NCBI GenBank assembly: GCA_017507985.1
Contig: JAFVZV010000084.1
Location: forward strand, 1-51,203
Origin: Clostridia bacterium
GTDB taxonomy: Bacteria; Bacillota; Clostridia; Oscillospirales; CAG-272
Reading direction: 5' to 3'
Length of the DNA: 51,203 nt
Below the pieces are notes generated by a model. The model saw only the letters and a program-made list of their open reading frames with translations, had not been told where the DNA came from and ran no database searches. Both the position numbers and the translations under genes were made by a program. Below are positions 9,110-19,090 of this stretch, piece after piece (the stretch's first letter is position 1; the number at the start of each line of letters is the position of its first letter).

Positions 9110-10891
9110 ATGAAAACGAGAAATGAAATGGATCCCAAATTCATGTGGGACTTTTCCCATATGTTTGAAACCAAAGAGGCGTGGGAAAGCGCCTACGCCG
9201 AATGTGAAGCCGACATTGCCAAGCTCTCCGCGCTTGCGGGAACGCTGTGTGCTTCGGCCGAAAGTCTCAAGGCAGGTCTTGATGCCGTGTACGCCGCTTC
9301 TAAAAAAATGGAGCTGGTCTATTTGTATGCTATGTTGCATCAAAGCAGTGACAACGGCGATCCCGAATATCAGGCCATGCAGGGCAGAGCGATCAATCTG
9401 ATTGTTGCCATGAATACTGCCATCGCTTTCCTTGAGCCCGAAATCCTCGAGTGCGACGAGCAAACCGTCCGCTCCTATCTCGAGCAGCCCGAATTGGCCG
9501 TCTACCGCCAGACCGTCGGAGAAATTTTGCGCGGCCGCGCTCATATGCTGCCCAAGGAACAGGAAATGATGTTGGCCATGCTGTCCGACGTCCGTGGCAA
9601 TGCCCGTAATATTTTCGAAATGCTGCAAAGTGTCGATATGACCTTCCCCCCCATGATCGACGAAAACGGCAACGAAGCCCCTCTGACGCACGGCAACTTC
9701 GGTGTTTGGCGTGAAAGCTCGAACGCTCGTATCCGTCACGAAGCCTTTACCAAATATTTCGGCGAATTTAAGAAATATATCAACACCTTTGCCTCCACCT
9801 ATGCGGCATCGGTCAAAACGGACACCTTCTATTCGAACGTCCGCAAGTTCAAAACGCCTTGCGAGGCCGCACTGTTCGGCAGCAACGTTCCCGTTGAGGT
9901 ATATGACAGCCTAATCGAGGCCGTTCACGACGGTCTTGGCACCATGAAAAAATATCTCAAGGTTCGCAAGGAGGCACTGGGGCTTGACGAGCTATCCACC
10001 TACGATCTCTACTGCCCGATCCTTGGCGACATCGACATGAAGGTCGATTACGAGCAGGGCAAGGAACTGGTCAAAAAGGCAACTGCGCCGCTGGGTGAAG
10101 GCTATGCCGCTCTGCTTGACCGCGCGTATAGTGAAAACTGGATCGACGTCTACGAGAACAAGGGAAAGACGACAGGTGCCTTTTCCTGCGGCGTCTTCGG
10201 TGTCCATCCCTACGTTCTGCTCAACTACACCAACACGCTTGACGATGCCTTTACGCTGGCACATGAGCTGGGCCACGCCATGCACTCCTATTATTCGAGC
10301 GAAGCGCAGGATTACGTTAACCACGATTACAAGATCATGGTCGCCGAGGTCGCATCCACGGTCAACGAGGTGCTGATGACCAAATATCTTTTGTCGGTTG
10401 AAACGGACAAAAAGCGCCGCGCTTACATTCTCAACAACTTCCTCGAAAGCTTCCGCACGACCATCTTCCGCCAGACGCTGTTTGCCGAGTTCGAGCGTAT
10501 TGCCCACGATATGTATCAGGCAGGCACGCCGCTGACCGCACAGACGCTAAGCGAGGCCTACCAGAAGCTCAATGAGCTTTATTACGAAGGCGCAACCGTG
10601 GGCGAGCTGCACAAGTATGAGTGGGCGATCATTCCTCACTTCTACAATGCCTTCTACGTATATCAGTACGCCACGGGCTTCAGTTCTGCTGTTGCCATTG
10701 CCAATCACATTTACGAAACGGGCGATGCCTCGGATTATCTGGCCTTCCTCAAGACGGGTGGCAGTGATTATCCGCTGGAGGAGCTCAAGATTGCAGGTGT
10801 GGATCTAACCAAGCCTGACACGGTGAAAAATGCCATGAAGGTCTTTGCCGAATGTCTGGATGAGTTTGAACAACTGCTCAAGGAAATTTAA
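9110..10891 (+). CDS. pepF: Oligoendopeptidase F (peptidase M3B)
   Basis: HELGHAMH zinc motif, AEVAST, WIDVYENKGK, HFYNAFYVYQYATG. Confidence 0.95.
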   Translation: MKTRNEMDPKFMWDFSHMFETKEAWESAYAECEADIAKLSALAGTLCASAESLKAGLDAVYAASKKMELVYLYAMLHQSSDNGDPEYQAMQGRAINLIVAMNTAIAFLEPEILECDEQTVRSYLEQPELAVYRQTVGEILRGRAHMLPKEQEMMLAMLSDVRGNARNIFEMLQSVDMTFPPMIDENGNEAPLTHGNFGVWRESSNARIRHEAFTKYFGEFKKYINTFASTYAASVKTDTFYSNVRKFKTPCEAALFGSNVPVEVYDSLIEAVHDGLGTMKKYLKVRKEALGLDELSTYDLYCPILGDIDMKVDYEQGKELVKKATAPLGEGYAALLDRAYSENWIDVYENKGKTTGAFSCGVFGVHPYVLLNYTNTLDDAFTLAHELGHAMHSYYSSEAQDYVNHDYKIMVAEVASTVNEVLMTKYLLSVETDKKRRAYILNNFLESFRTTIFRQTLFAEFERIAHDMYQAGTPLTAQTLSEAYQKLNELYYEGATVGELHKYEWAIIPHFYNAFYVYQYATGFSSAVAIANHIYETGDASDYLAFLKTGGSDYPLEELKIAGVDLTKPDTVKNAMKVFAECLDEFEQLLKEI

Positions 10892-10898
10892 TTTTTAC

Positions 10899-10931
10899 GC
10901 AAGGGACGTGATACGCGTCCCTTGCTTTTTT
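10899..10931 (+). terminator. Intrinsic terminator of pepF
   Basis: GCAAGGGACG...CGTCCCTTGC followed by a T run. Confidence 0.8.
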
Positions 10932-10949
10932 ATGTGATACGATGATAAG

Positions 10950-11448
10950 ATTAAGCAACTACTTCTACGGCCTCATCCTGCGCGGCAAGCCGCGCGCGTT
11001 CGGTGTGTGGTTTTGGTGTTCATTCTTTCTCATTCGAGAAAGAACGAACCAAGAATAACGCGGGCATCTAATTCAGTGCTTATATGAATGTTAAACTCCC
11101 CGCTCCCCAAGAATTTTGCAAGCAAAATTCTTCCCATAGAAAATTAAATTTTAATCCGGGCCTAATACCCTTAAGAAACCCGCAAAACTTTTTGCTTTGG
11201 CATATCTGCCGCTCGTGGTGGCAAGGCGGCGAGAGATAGGCAAAAAGCTACTATGTCTTTCTCCTCTGTCCACTTTGTAGAGCGGCAATCGCAGGGAGGC
11301 CTCGGAGGGAACGTCCGAGCGCCTTTCTTGGCCACTTCTTGGGACGCGCCAAGAAGTGGCATAAAAACGCAAGCACAGATCAGCGCGCGGCAAAGCCGCG
11401 CAGTATGATCGTCAAAAGGAGAAGTTGTAAAAGAGTTCAAATCTCCCC
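10950..11448. mobile_element. MITE-like hairpin-rich element, family A copy (degenerate terminal inverted repeats)
   Basis: Reverse-complement homolog of 43974-44472; shared blocks such as TTTTGCGGGTTTCTTAAGGG-ATTAGGCCC and AAGCACTGAATT-GATGCCCGCGTTATT. Confidence 0.7.
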
Positions 11449-11491
11449 TCATCACCTCCCCCATTTTTGTTTACATTTTTCTTCATATTTG

Positions 11492-11522
11492 TTGACAAAA
11501 TCGCTCAAAAATATGTTATAAT
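11492..11522 (+). promoter_or_regulatory. Sigma-A promoter of ABC exporter operon
   Basis: TTGACA, 19-bp spacer, extended -10 TGtTATAAT; AAGGAGG RBS downstream. Confidence 0.6.
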
Positions 11523-11563
11523 AATAAGGTTAGATATTCGATACTAAGAACAAGGAGGTCCCT

Positions 11564-13312
11564 ATGTTCAAAAAATTTCTGAAAAGCGTAAGAGAGTTTA
11601 AGCTCCCATCTATTCTTACGCTGATCTTTATCATTGCCGAAGTGGTTATCGAAGTATTCATTCCCTTCACCACCGCCAAGCTGATCAACTACATCCAAAC
11701 CACTGCGATGCTGGAAATGGCTGTCATTGCCAAATACGGTATTACATTGGTCATCATGGCACTTTTGTCTCTGACCTGCGGCGGCGTAGCGGCATACACC
11801 TGCGCAAAGGCCTCTTCCGGCTTTTCCAGAAATTTGCGTCAAGACGTGTTTGACCGCATCCAAACCTTTGCTTTTGAGAATATTGACAAGTTTTCGTCCA
11901 CGTCGCTGGTCACCCGTCTGACAACCGACATTCATAACGTACAGATGTCCTACATGATGATCATCCGCACCGCCGTCCGTGCGCCGTTGATGCTCGTCTT
12001 TGCCATTATCATGGCCGCCGTCATGGGTGGTTGGTTGGCCATGTCTTTCGCTGTGCTGGTACCGCTTCTTGGCTTCGGTCTGTTTCTCATCAGCCGCAAA
12101 GCCATGCCCGCCTTCCGCGCAGTCTTCCGTAAATACGACCGCCTCAATGAGTCCATCGAGGAAAACGTCCGCGGTATGCGTGTGGTCAAAGGCTTCTCTC
12201 GTGAAGATTACGAGAAAAAGAAATTTGGCATTGCCGCCGAGGATATCTGCTCCGATTTCACCAAGGCAGAGCGCATCGTTGCTCTCAACTCACCCTTGAT
12301 GCAGGTATGCGTTTACGCTAACATGGTCTTTGTTATGCTGGTAGGCTCCATGCTGGTCATCAACAGCGGCGGTGCCGTTGTCAACGTCGGTCATATGTCC
12401 GCTATGCTGACCTACGGTATGCAGATTCTGATCCAACTGATGATGCTGTCTATGATTTACGTCATGCTCACCATGTCCTCCGAGTCCATGAAGCGTATCA
12501 TCGAGGTATTGGATGAGCGTTCCGCCCTGACCAGCCCCGAAAATGCCGTTACCACTGTCAAGGACGGCTCGATTGACTTTGAAAATGTCAATTTCAAATA
12601 CTCGGCCAAGGCGGAGCGCTTTGCTCTGTCCGACGTTGATCTTCACATCGACTCGGGAATGACCGTTGGAATTTTAGGCGGTACGGGTTCGAGCAAGTCC
12701 ACGCTCGTCCAGCTCATTCCCCGTCTGTACGATGTCACCGAAGGCTGTGTCAAGGTTGGCGGCGTGGACGTGCGCGAGTACGATCTGGATACGCTGCGCG
12801 GGCAGGTCGCGATGGTTTTGCAAAAGAATCTTTTGTTCTCTGGCACCATTAAGGACAATCTGCGCTGGGGTAACGAAAACGCTACCGATGAAGAAATGAT
12901 CGAAGCGTGCAAGCTGGCGCAGGCACACGAGTTTGTCACCTCCTTCCCCGATGGGTATGACACGCACATCGAGCAGGGCGGTACCAATGTCTCGGGCGGC
13001 CAAAAGCAGCGCCTTTGCATTGCCCGTGCACTGCTCAAAAAGCCCAAGATTCTGATTCTTGACGACTCGACCAGCGCGGTTGACACTCGCACAGATGCAT
13101 TTATCCGCGCAGGCTTCAAATCCTACATCCCCGAAACAACCAAGATCATCATCGCACAGCGCGTTTCCTCGGTACAGGATGCCGATCTGATCTTGGTCAT
13201 GGAAAACGGCACGATTGCCGCCATGGGTAAGCATGACGACCTGCTGGCCTCGTGCGATATTTACAAAGAGATTTACACCCAACAGACTAAGGGAGGTGAG
13301 GATGATGAGTAA
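11564..13312 (+). CDS. Heterodimeric multidrug-type ABC exporter, subunit with degenerate ATP site
   Basis: TMD+NBD; GGTGSSKS, VSGGQKQR, Walker B ILDDS (E to D), switch IAQR (H to Q), as in TM287/EfrA-type subunits. Confidence 0.92.
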   Translation: MFKKFLKSVREFKLPSILTLIFIIAEVVIEVFIPFTTAKLINYIQTTAMLEMAVIAKYGITLVIMALLSLTCGGVAAYTCAKASSGFSRNLRQDVFDRIQTFAFENIDKFSSTSLVTRLTTDIHNVQMSYMMIIRTAVRAPLMLVFAIIMAAVMGGWLAMSFAVLVPLLGFGLFLISRKAMPAFRAVFRKYDRLNESIEENVRGMRVVKGFSREDYEKKKFGIAAEDICSDFTKAERIVALNSPLMQVCVYANMVFVMLVGSMLVINSGGAVVNVGHMSAMLTYGMQILIQLMMLSMIYVMLTMSSESMKRIIEVLDERSALTSPENAVTTVKDGSIDFENVNFKYSAKAERFALSDVDLHIDSGMTVGILGGTGSSKSTLVQLIPRLYDVTEGCVKVGGVDVREYDLDTLRGQVAMVLQKNLLFSGTIKDNLRWGNENATDEEMIEACKLAQAHEFVTSFPDGYDTHIEQGGTNVSGGQKQRLCIARALLKKPKILILDDSTSAVDTRTDAFIRAGFKSYIPETTKIIIAQRVSSVQDADLILVMENGTIAAMGKHDDLLASCDIYKEIYTQQTKGGEDDE

Positions 13313-15266
13313 GAACAACACTCCCGCAAAAATGCCCGGTGGTCGCCGCAAAATTGACTTCAAAATGCTCGGCCGCGTCATCAAGCTGCTGTTTGCATCC
13401 TACCCTCGCTTGCTTCCGATCGCCATGTGCTGCATGGTGCTCTCGGCTATGGTCTCCGCCTGCCCCGCCATCTTCACCCAGCGCATCATCAACATCGTTG
13501 ACGTTGCCCTCAAGGCAGGTCACGGATGGGATGTTGTCGCCCCGCAGGTTGTTCCTCTTGTTCTCATTTTGGTCAGCCTTTACGTTCTTTCCATCATATT
13601 TATCACCTTACAAACACAGCTCATGGCGTATATCACGCAAGGCTTTCTGACTAAGATGCGCCGCAAGCTGTTTGATGGCATGCAAAATCTGCCCATCAAA
13701 TATTTTGATACACATCAGCACGGCGATATCATGAGCCACTACACCAACGATATCGACACGCTGCGTCAGCTCGTCTCTCAATCCCTGCCCAGCCTGCTTC
13801 AGTCTTGCACCATCGTGCTCACGGTTCTGTTTATCATGCTGTGGTCCAGCGTTTGGATGACGCTGGTCGTACTTGTCGGCGTTTGCGTCATGATCGTCGT
13901 ATCGGGCAAGATCGGCGGTGGCTCTGCCAAAAACTTCATCAAGCTGCAACGCAACGTCGGTCGCTTGGAAGGCTATGTGCAGGAAATGATGAGCGGTCAG
14001 AAGGTTGTCAAGGTATTCTCGCACGAGAAGAAGGTGCGCGAAGAATTTGCGCAGATCAATGAGGAGCTGTTCCAAACCAGCTACCGTGCCAACGCCTTTG
14101 CCAATATGCTGGGGCCTATCATTATGAATATCGGTAACATTTTGTATGTTATCGTGGCAACGGTCGGCGGTGTATTCATTCTCTCCGAGCTTCCGAACGT
14201 TTCTTTGAGCGGTCTTGGCGCGTATCTCTCCCAAGGTGCCGCCTTCGGCACACTGACCATTGGCGTTGCCGTTTCCTTCCTCAATATGACCAAACAGTTC
14301 ACGGGTAATATCAACACCTTCTCCCAGCAGATCAACTCCATCGTCATGGCGCTGGCCGGCGCAGGACGAATCTTTGCTCTGATGGATCAGCAGCCCGAGA
14401 TTGACGATGGCTACGTCACCTTGGTTAACGCAAACATCGATGCGCAAGGCAACATCACCGAAACAAACGAGCACACCGGTCATTGGGCATGGAAGCACCC
14501 GCACAGCGACGGCACCATCACTTATACCGAGCTCAAGGGTGACGTTCGACTGACCGAGGTTGATTTCGGCTATGAAGAAGATAAGCTTGTCCTTCACAAC
14601 GTCAGCGTCTACGCCGAACCCGGGCAGAAGGTTGCCTTTGTCGGCGCAACGGGTGCAGGTAAAACGACCATCACCAATCTGATCAACCGCTTCTACGATA
14701 TTGACGACGGTAAGATCCGGTACGATGGCATCAATATCAATAAGATCAAGAAATCCGACCTACGCAGCTCGCTTGGCATCGTTCTTCAGGACACCAACCT
14801 GTTCACAGGCACCGTCATGGACAATATTCGTTACGGCAGATTGGACGCCTCTGACGAAGATTGCAAGCAAGCCGCCAAGCTTTCGGGTGCGGATGATTTT
14901 ATCACCCGCCTGCCCGAGGGATATAACACCCTACTGACCAACAACGGCGCCAATCTGTCGCAAGGTCAGCGTCAGCTCATCGCCATCGCCCGTGCGGCCG
15001 TGGCAGACCCGCCCGTCATGATTCTTGATGAGGCAACCTCCTCCATCGATACTCGCACCGAGGCCATCGTTCAGCGCGGCATGGATGCCCTCATGAAAGG
15101 ACGCACGGTGTTCGTCATTGCTCACAGATTGTCCACCGTCCGCAACTCGGATGTCATCATGGTTCTGGAAAAGGGCGTGATCATCGAGCGCGGCAGCCAC
15201 GACAAGCTGATTGAGGAAAAAGGAAAGTATTATCAACTCTATACAGGCGCGTTCGAGCTTGAATAA
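13305..15266 (+). CDS. Heterodimeric multidrug-type ABC exporter, subunit with consensus catalytic residues
   Basis: GATGAGKT, LSQGQRQ, ILDEATS, IAHRLST; GGAGGTGA RBS overlapping the partner's end. Confidence 0.92.
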   Translation: MSKNNTPAKMPGGRRKIDFKMLGRVIKLLFASYPRLLPIAMCCMVLSAMVSACPAIFTQRIINIVDVALKAGHGWDVVAPQVVPLVLILVSLYVLSIIFITLQTQLMAYITQGFLTKMRRKLFDGMQNLPIKYFDTHQHGDIMSHYTNDIDTLRQLVSQSLPSLLQSCTIVLTVLFIMLWSSVWMTLVVLVGVCVMIVVSGKIGGGSAKNFIKLQRNVGRLEGYVQEMMSGQKVVKVFSHEKKVREEFAQINEELFQTSYRANAFANMLGPIIMNIGNILYVIVATVGGVFILSELPNVSLSGLGAYLSQGAAFGTLTIGVAVSFLNMTKQFTGNINTFSQQINSIVMALAGAGRIFALMDQQPEIDDGYVTLVNANIDAQGNITETNEHTGHWAWKHPHSDGTITYTELKGDVRLTEVDFGYEEDKLVLHNVSVYAEPGQKVAFVGATGAGKTTITNLINRFYDIDDGKIRYDGININKIKKSDLRSSLGIVLQDTNLFTGTVMDNIRYGRLDASDEDCKQAAKLSGADDFITRLPEGYNTLLTNNGANLSQGQRQLIAIARAAVADPPVMILDEATSSIDTRTEAIVQRGMDALMKGRTVFVIAHRLSTVRNSDVIMVLEKGVIIERGSHDKLIEEKGKYYQLYTGAFELE

Positions 15267-15278
15267 AAAGAAATACAA

Positions 15279-15313
15279 AAAAAAACGGGAAGACTCAGTC
15301 TTCCCGTTTTTTT
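15279..15313. terminator. Bidirectional intrinsic terminator
   Basis: AAAAAAACGGGAAGAC-TCA-GTCTTCCCGTTTTTTT between convergent genes. Confidence 0.85.
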
Positions 15314-15329
15314 CTATCATTAAATATTA

Positions 15330-16892
15330 TTACTTCAACGTCAGCTCAACAGCCGTCGTTTTGTTGCTGACGCGCATATACACGTAGATGTGCTTACCGA
15401 TGATCATCCAGCATGGACCGTCGTAACCAAAGCCGGGTTTTGCTGAACCGTCTGCATTGGTCTGAGTCAAGATTGGAGCCTCGATGGTCTCCCAGGTGAT
15501 CAGATCGCGCGAGCGGGCAAACATATGCGTCCAGTATGCCTTGTTATAGCCGCCTTCCTCTGCCTGGTCAGTGCTGACCTCGTATACCATGTAATAGTAA
15601 CCGTCGACGTAAATGACGTCACGGCGTCCCGTCGTACCGCTGTAGAGGGTATTGTCCTCGGTGGGGATGATAGGATCGGGCACCACCGTCAGATTGTGCA
15701 GATCCTTGCCGTAGGCTACGCCGATCTGACAGTCCACAAAATCAAAGCCGTGGAAGAAGAGATACCACGTGTCCCCCTCTTTATACAGATCGGGCGTACC
15801 GACGTTAGCGGTCTGCCACGGAATTTCGGGGTTCTTGTAAAGAATGACACCTTCCTTGGTCCAGTTGATGCCGTCCTCGGAGGTTGCCAGCGCGACGTTC
15901 TCAAGCGTGCCGTATTCGGTCTCCTCGCCGCCCTTGCATTCGTACGTCAAATAAAAGGTACCGTCGTCGTCCAACCAGACACCCGCGAAATATGCGCCGT
16001 TACAGTCGTAGTCCTCGTCGGGCTGCAGCACACATCCTTTGTCCTTCCAGTTGATACCGTCATCCGATACTGCAAGACCGACACCGCCTTTACCCGTTTC
16101 GGTCTTATACGTGATGTAATAGCCCCAGTACTGATCGTTGTAATAGATCATATCGGGAAAATGCATTTTAAAGCTCGCGCCCATGTTTTCGGTGGTGATG
16201 GTCTCTACTGTGTTCCCTGTGAACAGGCCGTTCAGAATATCACCAAAATACTCGTCTGCCTGCTGTTGCGACAGACCAAAGAGAACCTTGGGATTGCCGT
16301 CGTCGGGCACAAATTCCGGATCATTCCAAAGACCCTCGTTGTTCAACGCGGCATCCAGCTTGATCTCCTCACGGCTCTCAAAATCACTCTCGCTTTGGTA
16401 ACCGAGATAATTGGAAAGGAAAAAGGTAACTGCTTCCTCGAGTGCACCGTCTTTTTTGGCAACGATAACGATCTTTTTGCCTATCACGCGAATGAGATAC
16501 GCGTTTTCATGCGACAGCTCCTCCATCGCCGCGATGGACTCGGGACGGTTGGTCTTACCGATCAAAATCTCATAACGATCGGCAAACTCGCCCTCGGTAT
16601 CCTCATAGTCTGTCGTCAAATCGACCTTAACACCGGTGACAGCTTTGATTGCAGCGCCCAATTTGATGCACATTTGGGTTTCCGTATCTGTCGTACTCGC
16701 ACGATCCGAGCGTACGATCATATACGGAGAAGCACCCTCGGAAACAAGAATAATCTGCTCGGGCGGCTTGGCAGGATCATCAGGCGTGTTGGGCTGCCCC
16801 TGCGTAGGATCGGTACAGGCGAGCAACATCATACCGCACATCAAGAGCGCGAGCAAAAAACAAAGAATGTGAGAAATACGATTCAATTTCAT
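15330..16892 (-). CDS. Lipoprotein: N-terminal alpha/beta module plus five-bladed beta-propeller glycoside hydrolase-like domain (GH32/43/130-type fold)
   Basis: Lipobox LLAC; Asp-box-like repeats (AVSDDGINW, ATSEDGINW, ARSRDLITW); five blades with aromatic beta strands. Confidence 0.7.
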   Translation of the reverse strand: MKLNRISHILCFLLALLMCGMMLLACTDPTQGQPNTPDDPAKPPEQIILVSEGASPYMIVRSDRASTTDTETQMCIKLGAAIKAVTGVKVDLTTDYEDTEGEFADRYEILIGKTNRPESIAAMEELSHENAYLIRVIGKKIVIVAKKDGALEEAVTFFLSNYLGYQSESDFESREEIKLDAALNNEGLWNDPEFVPDDGNPKVLFGLSQQQADEYFGDILNGLFTGNTVETITTENMGASFKMHFPDMIYYNDQYWGYYITYKTETGKGGVGLAVSDDGINWKDKGCVLQPDEDYDCNGAYFAGVWLDDDGTFYLTYECKGGEETEYGTLENVALATSEDGINWTKEGVILYKNPEIPWQTANVGTPDLYKEGDTWYLFFHGFDFVDCQIGVAYGKDLHNLTVVPDPIIPTEDNTLYSGTTGRRDVIYVDGYYYMVYEVSTDQAEEGGYNKAYWTHMFARSRDLITWETIEAPILTQTNADGSAKPGFGYDGPCWMIIGKHIYVYMRVSNKTTAVELTLK

Positions 16893-16910
16893 GGAAATCC
16901 TCCAAAACAA

Positions 16911-17606
16911 TTATTGTACTTTGTCACCGACAACCATGGTAATGTTGCTGTGACGGTTGGCAAGATCGGGCTCTTTTTGCCCGTTGATGCGAATATTCAC
17001 ATTGGTGTTATCTCCACGGTAAAAGTCCATTGACAAATCGGAATAGTCATATCCACCCGTATGGATCATACGGATATTGTCAAATTTAATGGTTTCGCCT
17101 TTGATGGCATTGCCCTCAAAGAAACTAAAAATACGGATATAGTTGATCGCCGACAAATCGCACCCGCCGGCAGTAACATAGCTTTCATTCAAATACAGAT
17201 AGATCGTATTCCATCCGGCCTTGATCTTGCCCGACTTCAGTGCATTATGCACAGGCCAAGCATTTTCCAGCTTATCGCACGTGCCGGACGAAGTGATCTC
17301 AATATACAACTCGCTGATATTCGCCATCATTGCCGTATCGGACAGATAAATATCAATGGCAAGTGTATCCGCATCAGAAGCATCAATGGGAGAAAATTGC
17401 GCTTGGTTTGCAAAGGAATTTGTTCCGGAAGAAAAGGTATGCGCAACACAAGCGCCCTTTTCTTGGTCATCGTCTCGTACAAACGAACCAAATGACGTAT
17501 TACAATCATGCAGCAGTGTCACATCCTCTTCCTCCGCAATGACAAAAAATGTAAGGTTACACATCAATATGAGTGAGACAAAAATGCAAATAATTTTCTT
17601 AAGCAT
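16911..17606 (-). CDS. Secreted protein with one CBM-like beta-sandwich domain
   Basis: Signal peptide; TLAIDIYLSD...AGWNTIYLYL...DLSAINYIRIF...IKFDNIR pattern, also seen twice in 36021-37706. Confidence 0.6.
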   Translation of the reverse strand: MLKKIICIFVSLILMCNLTFFVIAEEEDVTLLHDCNTSFGSFVRDDDQEKGACVAHTFSSGTNSFANQAQFSPIDASDADTLAIDIYLSDTAMMANISELYIEITSSGTCDKLENAWPVHNALKSGKIKAGWNTIYLYLNESYVTAGGCDLSAINYIRIFSFFEGNAIKGETIKFDNIRMIHTGGYDYSDLSMDFYRGDNTNVNIRINGQKEPDLANRHSNITMVVGDKVQ

Positions 17607-17665
17607 TGGATCCTCCATCTGCTACAGCCAGGCTGCAGCGCATCTTGGTATTGTGCCGTTAAGAA

Positions 17666-18691
17666 TTAGAGGCGCGAAAAGACCTGCAGACCGTATTCGC
17701 ACAGCGCGTGGTCTTCCTCACCCGTGCCGCCCGAAATACCCAGGCCGCCGACAATGCGATCGCCCACCTTCAAGGGAACGCCGCCGCCGAAGACCAGCAT
17801 TTTATCCACGTTTTGCAGTCCGTAGAAGGTTCCGCCGGGCTGTACCAGTGCCGACAGCTCCATGGTGGACATTTTGACCGAAACCGCCGTATATGCCTTT
17901 TTCAGCGCCACGTCGTAGCTGACCAGGAAGGCATCGTCCATCACGTGTACCGCGATGGGATTGCCCTGCGCATTGCAAACGGCAATGACTGCCTTTTTGC
18001 CGATGGTCGCGGCGTACGCCTCGATCTCACGGATCAACATCTCTGCCTTTTTCAGATCCAGCGTGGCGAGCGCACCCACACGGCGCAGCACCTCATCCAC
18101 AACGGCATCCGCGCTGCCAACCGTCCCACCGCTGGCCGTCTGCGGCACAGCCTTACCCTCACGACGCAGCTTTTCATCATGATCGGCACGGCGGGCCAGC
18201 ATATACAGATAATCGGACAAACGGTTGAGGTAGGCCTTAGCCGATGCATGGGCAGAATATTTACGCTCCATGGTCACCAGCTCGCGCTCAGCGCGACGAG
18301 CGATGGTGCGAGCCACGTCAAGACGTGCCGACAACTCGCAATAGCCGGGCATAATAAACTGACGCTCACGGGGGAAGGAATCCTCCACAAGGTCAATGAT
18401 ATGCTCCAAAAATGCCGTTTCTTCAGCAGATACCTCATACGCCTTATTGCGAGGATCAGCAATCCCCGCCATGATGGTCATCAGCGTTGCCTGCACGCGG
18501 TCGAAATGCTCGACGCAAGTATCGCTGTCTGCCGTTCTCATGGAGGCAATGTGCGCCTTGGCAAGTCCCATCTGCGAGGTCAGCTCGTCAATGGATCCTA
18601 GCGCCGCAATGCGATCATCTGCCTTTGAAATCTGGGTTGCGGATTTGAGCGTGGTCATGCCCGCATCCCCGTGCTTTGTATAAATTTTCAT
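17666..18691 (-). CDS. pduO: Cob(I)alamin adenosyltransferase fused to heme-binding (GlcG/DUF336) domain
   Basis: IYTKHGDAGMT, GSIDELTS, ARRAER, YLNRLSDYLY; C-domain VALKKAYTA, FGGGVPL, GISGGTGEEDH. Confidence 0.93.
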   Translation of the reverse strand: MKIYTKHGDAGMTTLKSATQISKADDRIAALGSIDELTSQMGLAKAHIASMRTADSDTCVEHFDRVQATLMTIMAGIADPRNKAYEVSAEETAFLEHIIDLVEDSFPRERQFIMPGYCELSARLDVARTIARRAERELVTMERKYSAHASAKAYLNRLSDYLYMLARRADHDEKLRREGKAVPQTASGGTVGSADAVVDEVLRRVGALATLDLKKAEMLIREIEAYAATIGKKAVIAVCNAQGNPIAVHVMDDAFLVSYDVALKKAYTAVSVKMSTMELSALVQPGGTFYGLQNVDKMLVFGGGVPLKVGDRIVGGLGISGGTGEEDHALCEYGLQVFSRL

Positions 18692-18745
18692 CGAAACATG
18701 CTCTCCTTAGTGAATTCTGTTTCAGATCGGTACTACTATCGTTGA

Positions 18746-19087
18746 TCAGTGCTCTCCCAACTTAAACGGGAGCTTTTTGATAACTCTGGCACTGTTGGCT
18801 CCAACGTCCCGCGCCTGCCCCGGCGTTGCGCGCTCGAAGCCAAGCAGCGGAGATCGATCCGTCATACCCTTGATATGCAGGGCAATCGAGCAACCAACAA
18901 GGGCCACCCCCGAGCCGAGCACCGACACGCCCGAAGCAGCCGCAGCCAGTGTTGCCGCATCGCCCGAGGGCTGTGCGATCACCTCATACAACACGCCCTC
19001 CTCCTCGATGCCGGCGCATATTTCGCGCAACAACATCTCATCGGGACGAACAGTAAAAATCAAAATGGTTGGTTTTCTTGCGATCAT
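18746..19087 (-). CDS. pduH: Diol/glycerol dehydratase reactivase small subunit
   Basis: ICAGIEEEGV, SVLGSGV, ARDVGANSARVIKKLPFK; directly after pduG. Confidence 0.88.
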   Translation of the reverse strand: MIARKPTILIFTVRPDEMLLREICAGIEEEGVLYEVIAQPSGDAATLAAAASGVSVLGSGVALVGCSIALHIKGMTDRSPLLGFERATPGQARDVGANSARVIKKLPFKLGEH

Positions 19088-19090
19088 GGC

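Noticed and set aside
11151-11393. ORF ending SFAGFLRVLGPD, with a counterpart at 44047-44259 ending SFAGFLRALGPD
   Set aside because: The similarity follows from the shared DNA repeat; starts differ and there is no clear RBS. Not called as CDS, though a small peptide cannot be excluded.
11492-11522. MerR-type promoter (19-bp spacer) for the ABC exporter
   Set aside because: No dyad symmetry in the spacer and no regulator nearby; the extended -10 explains it.
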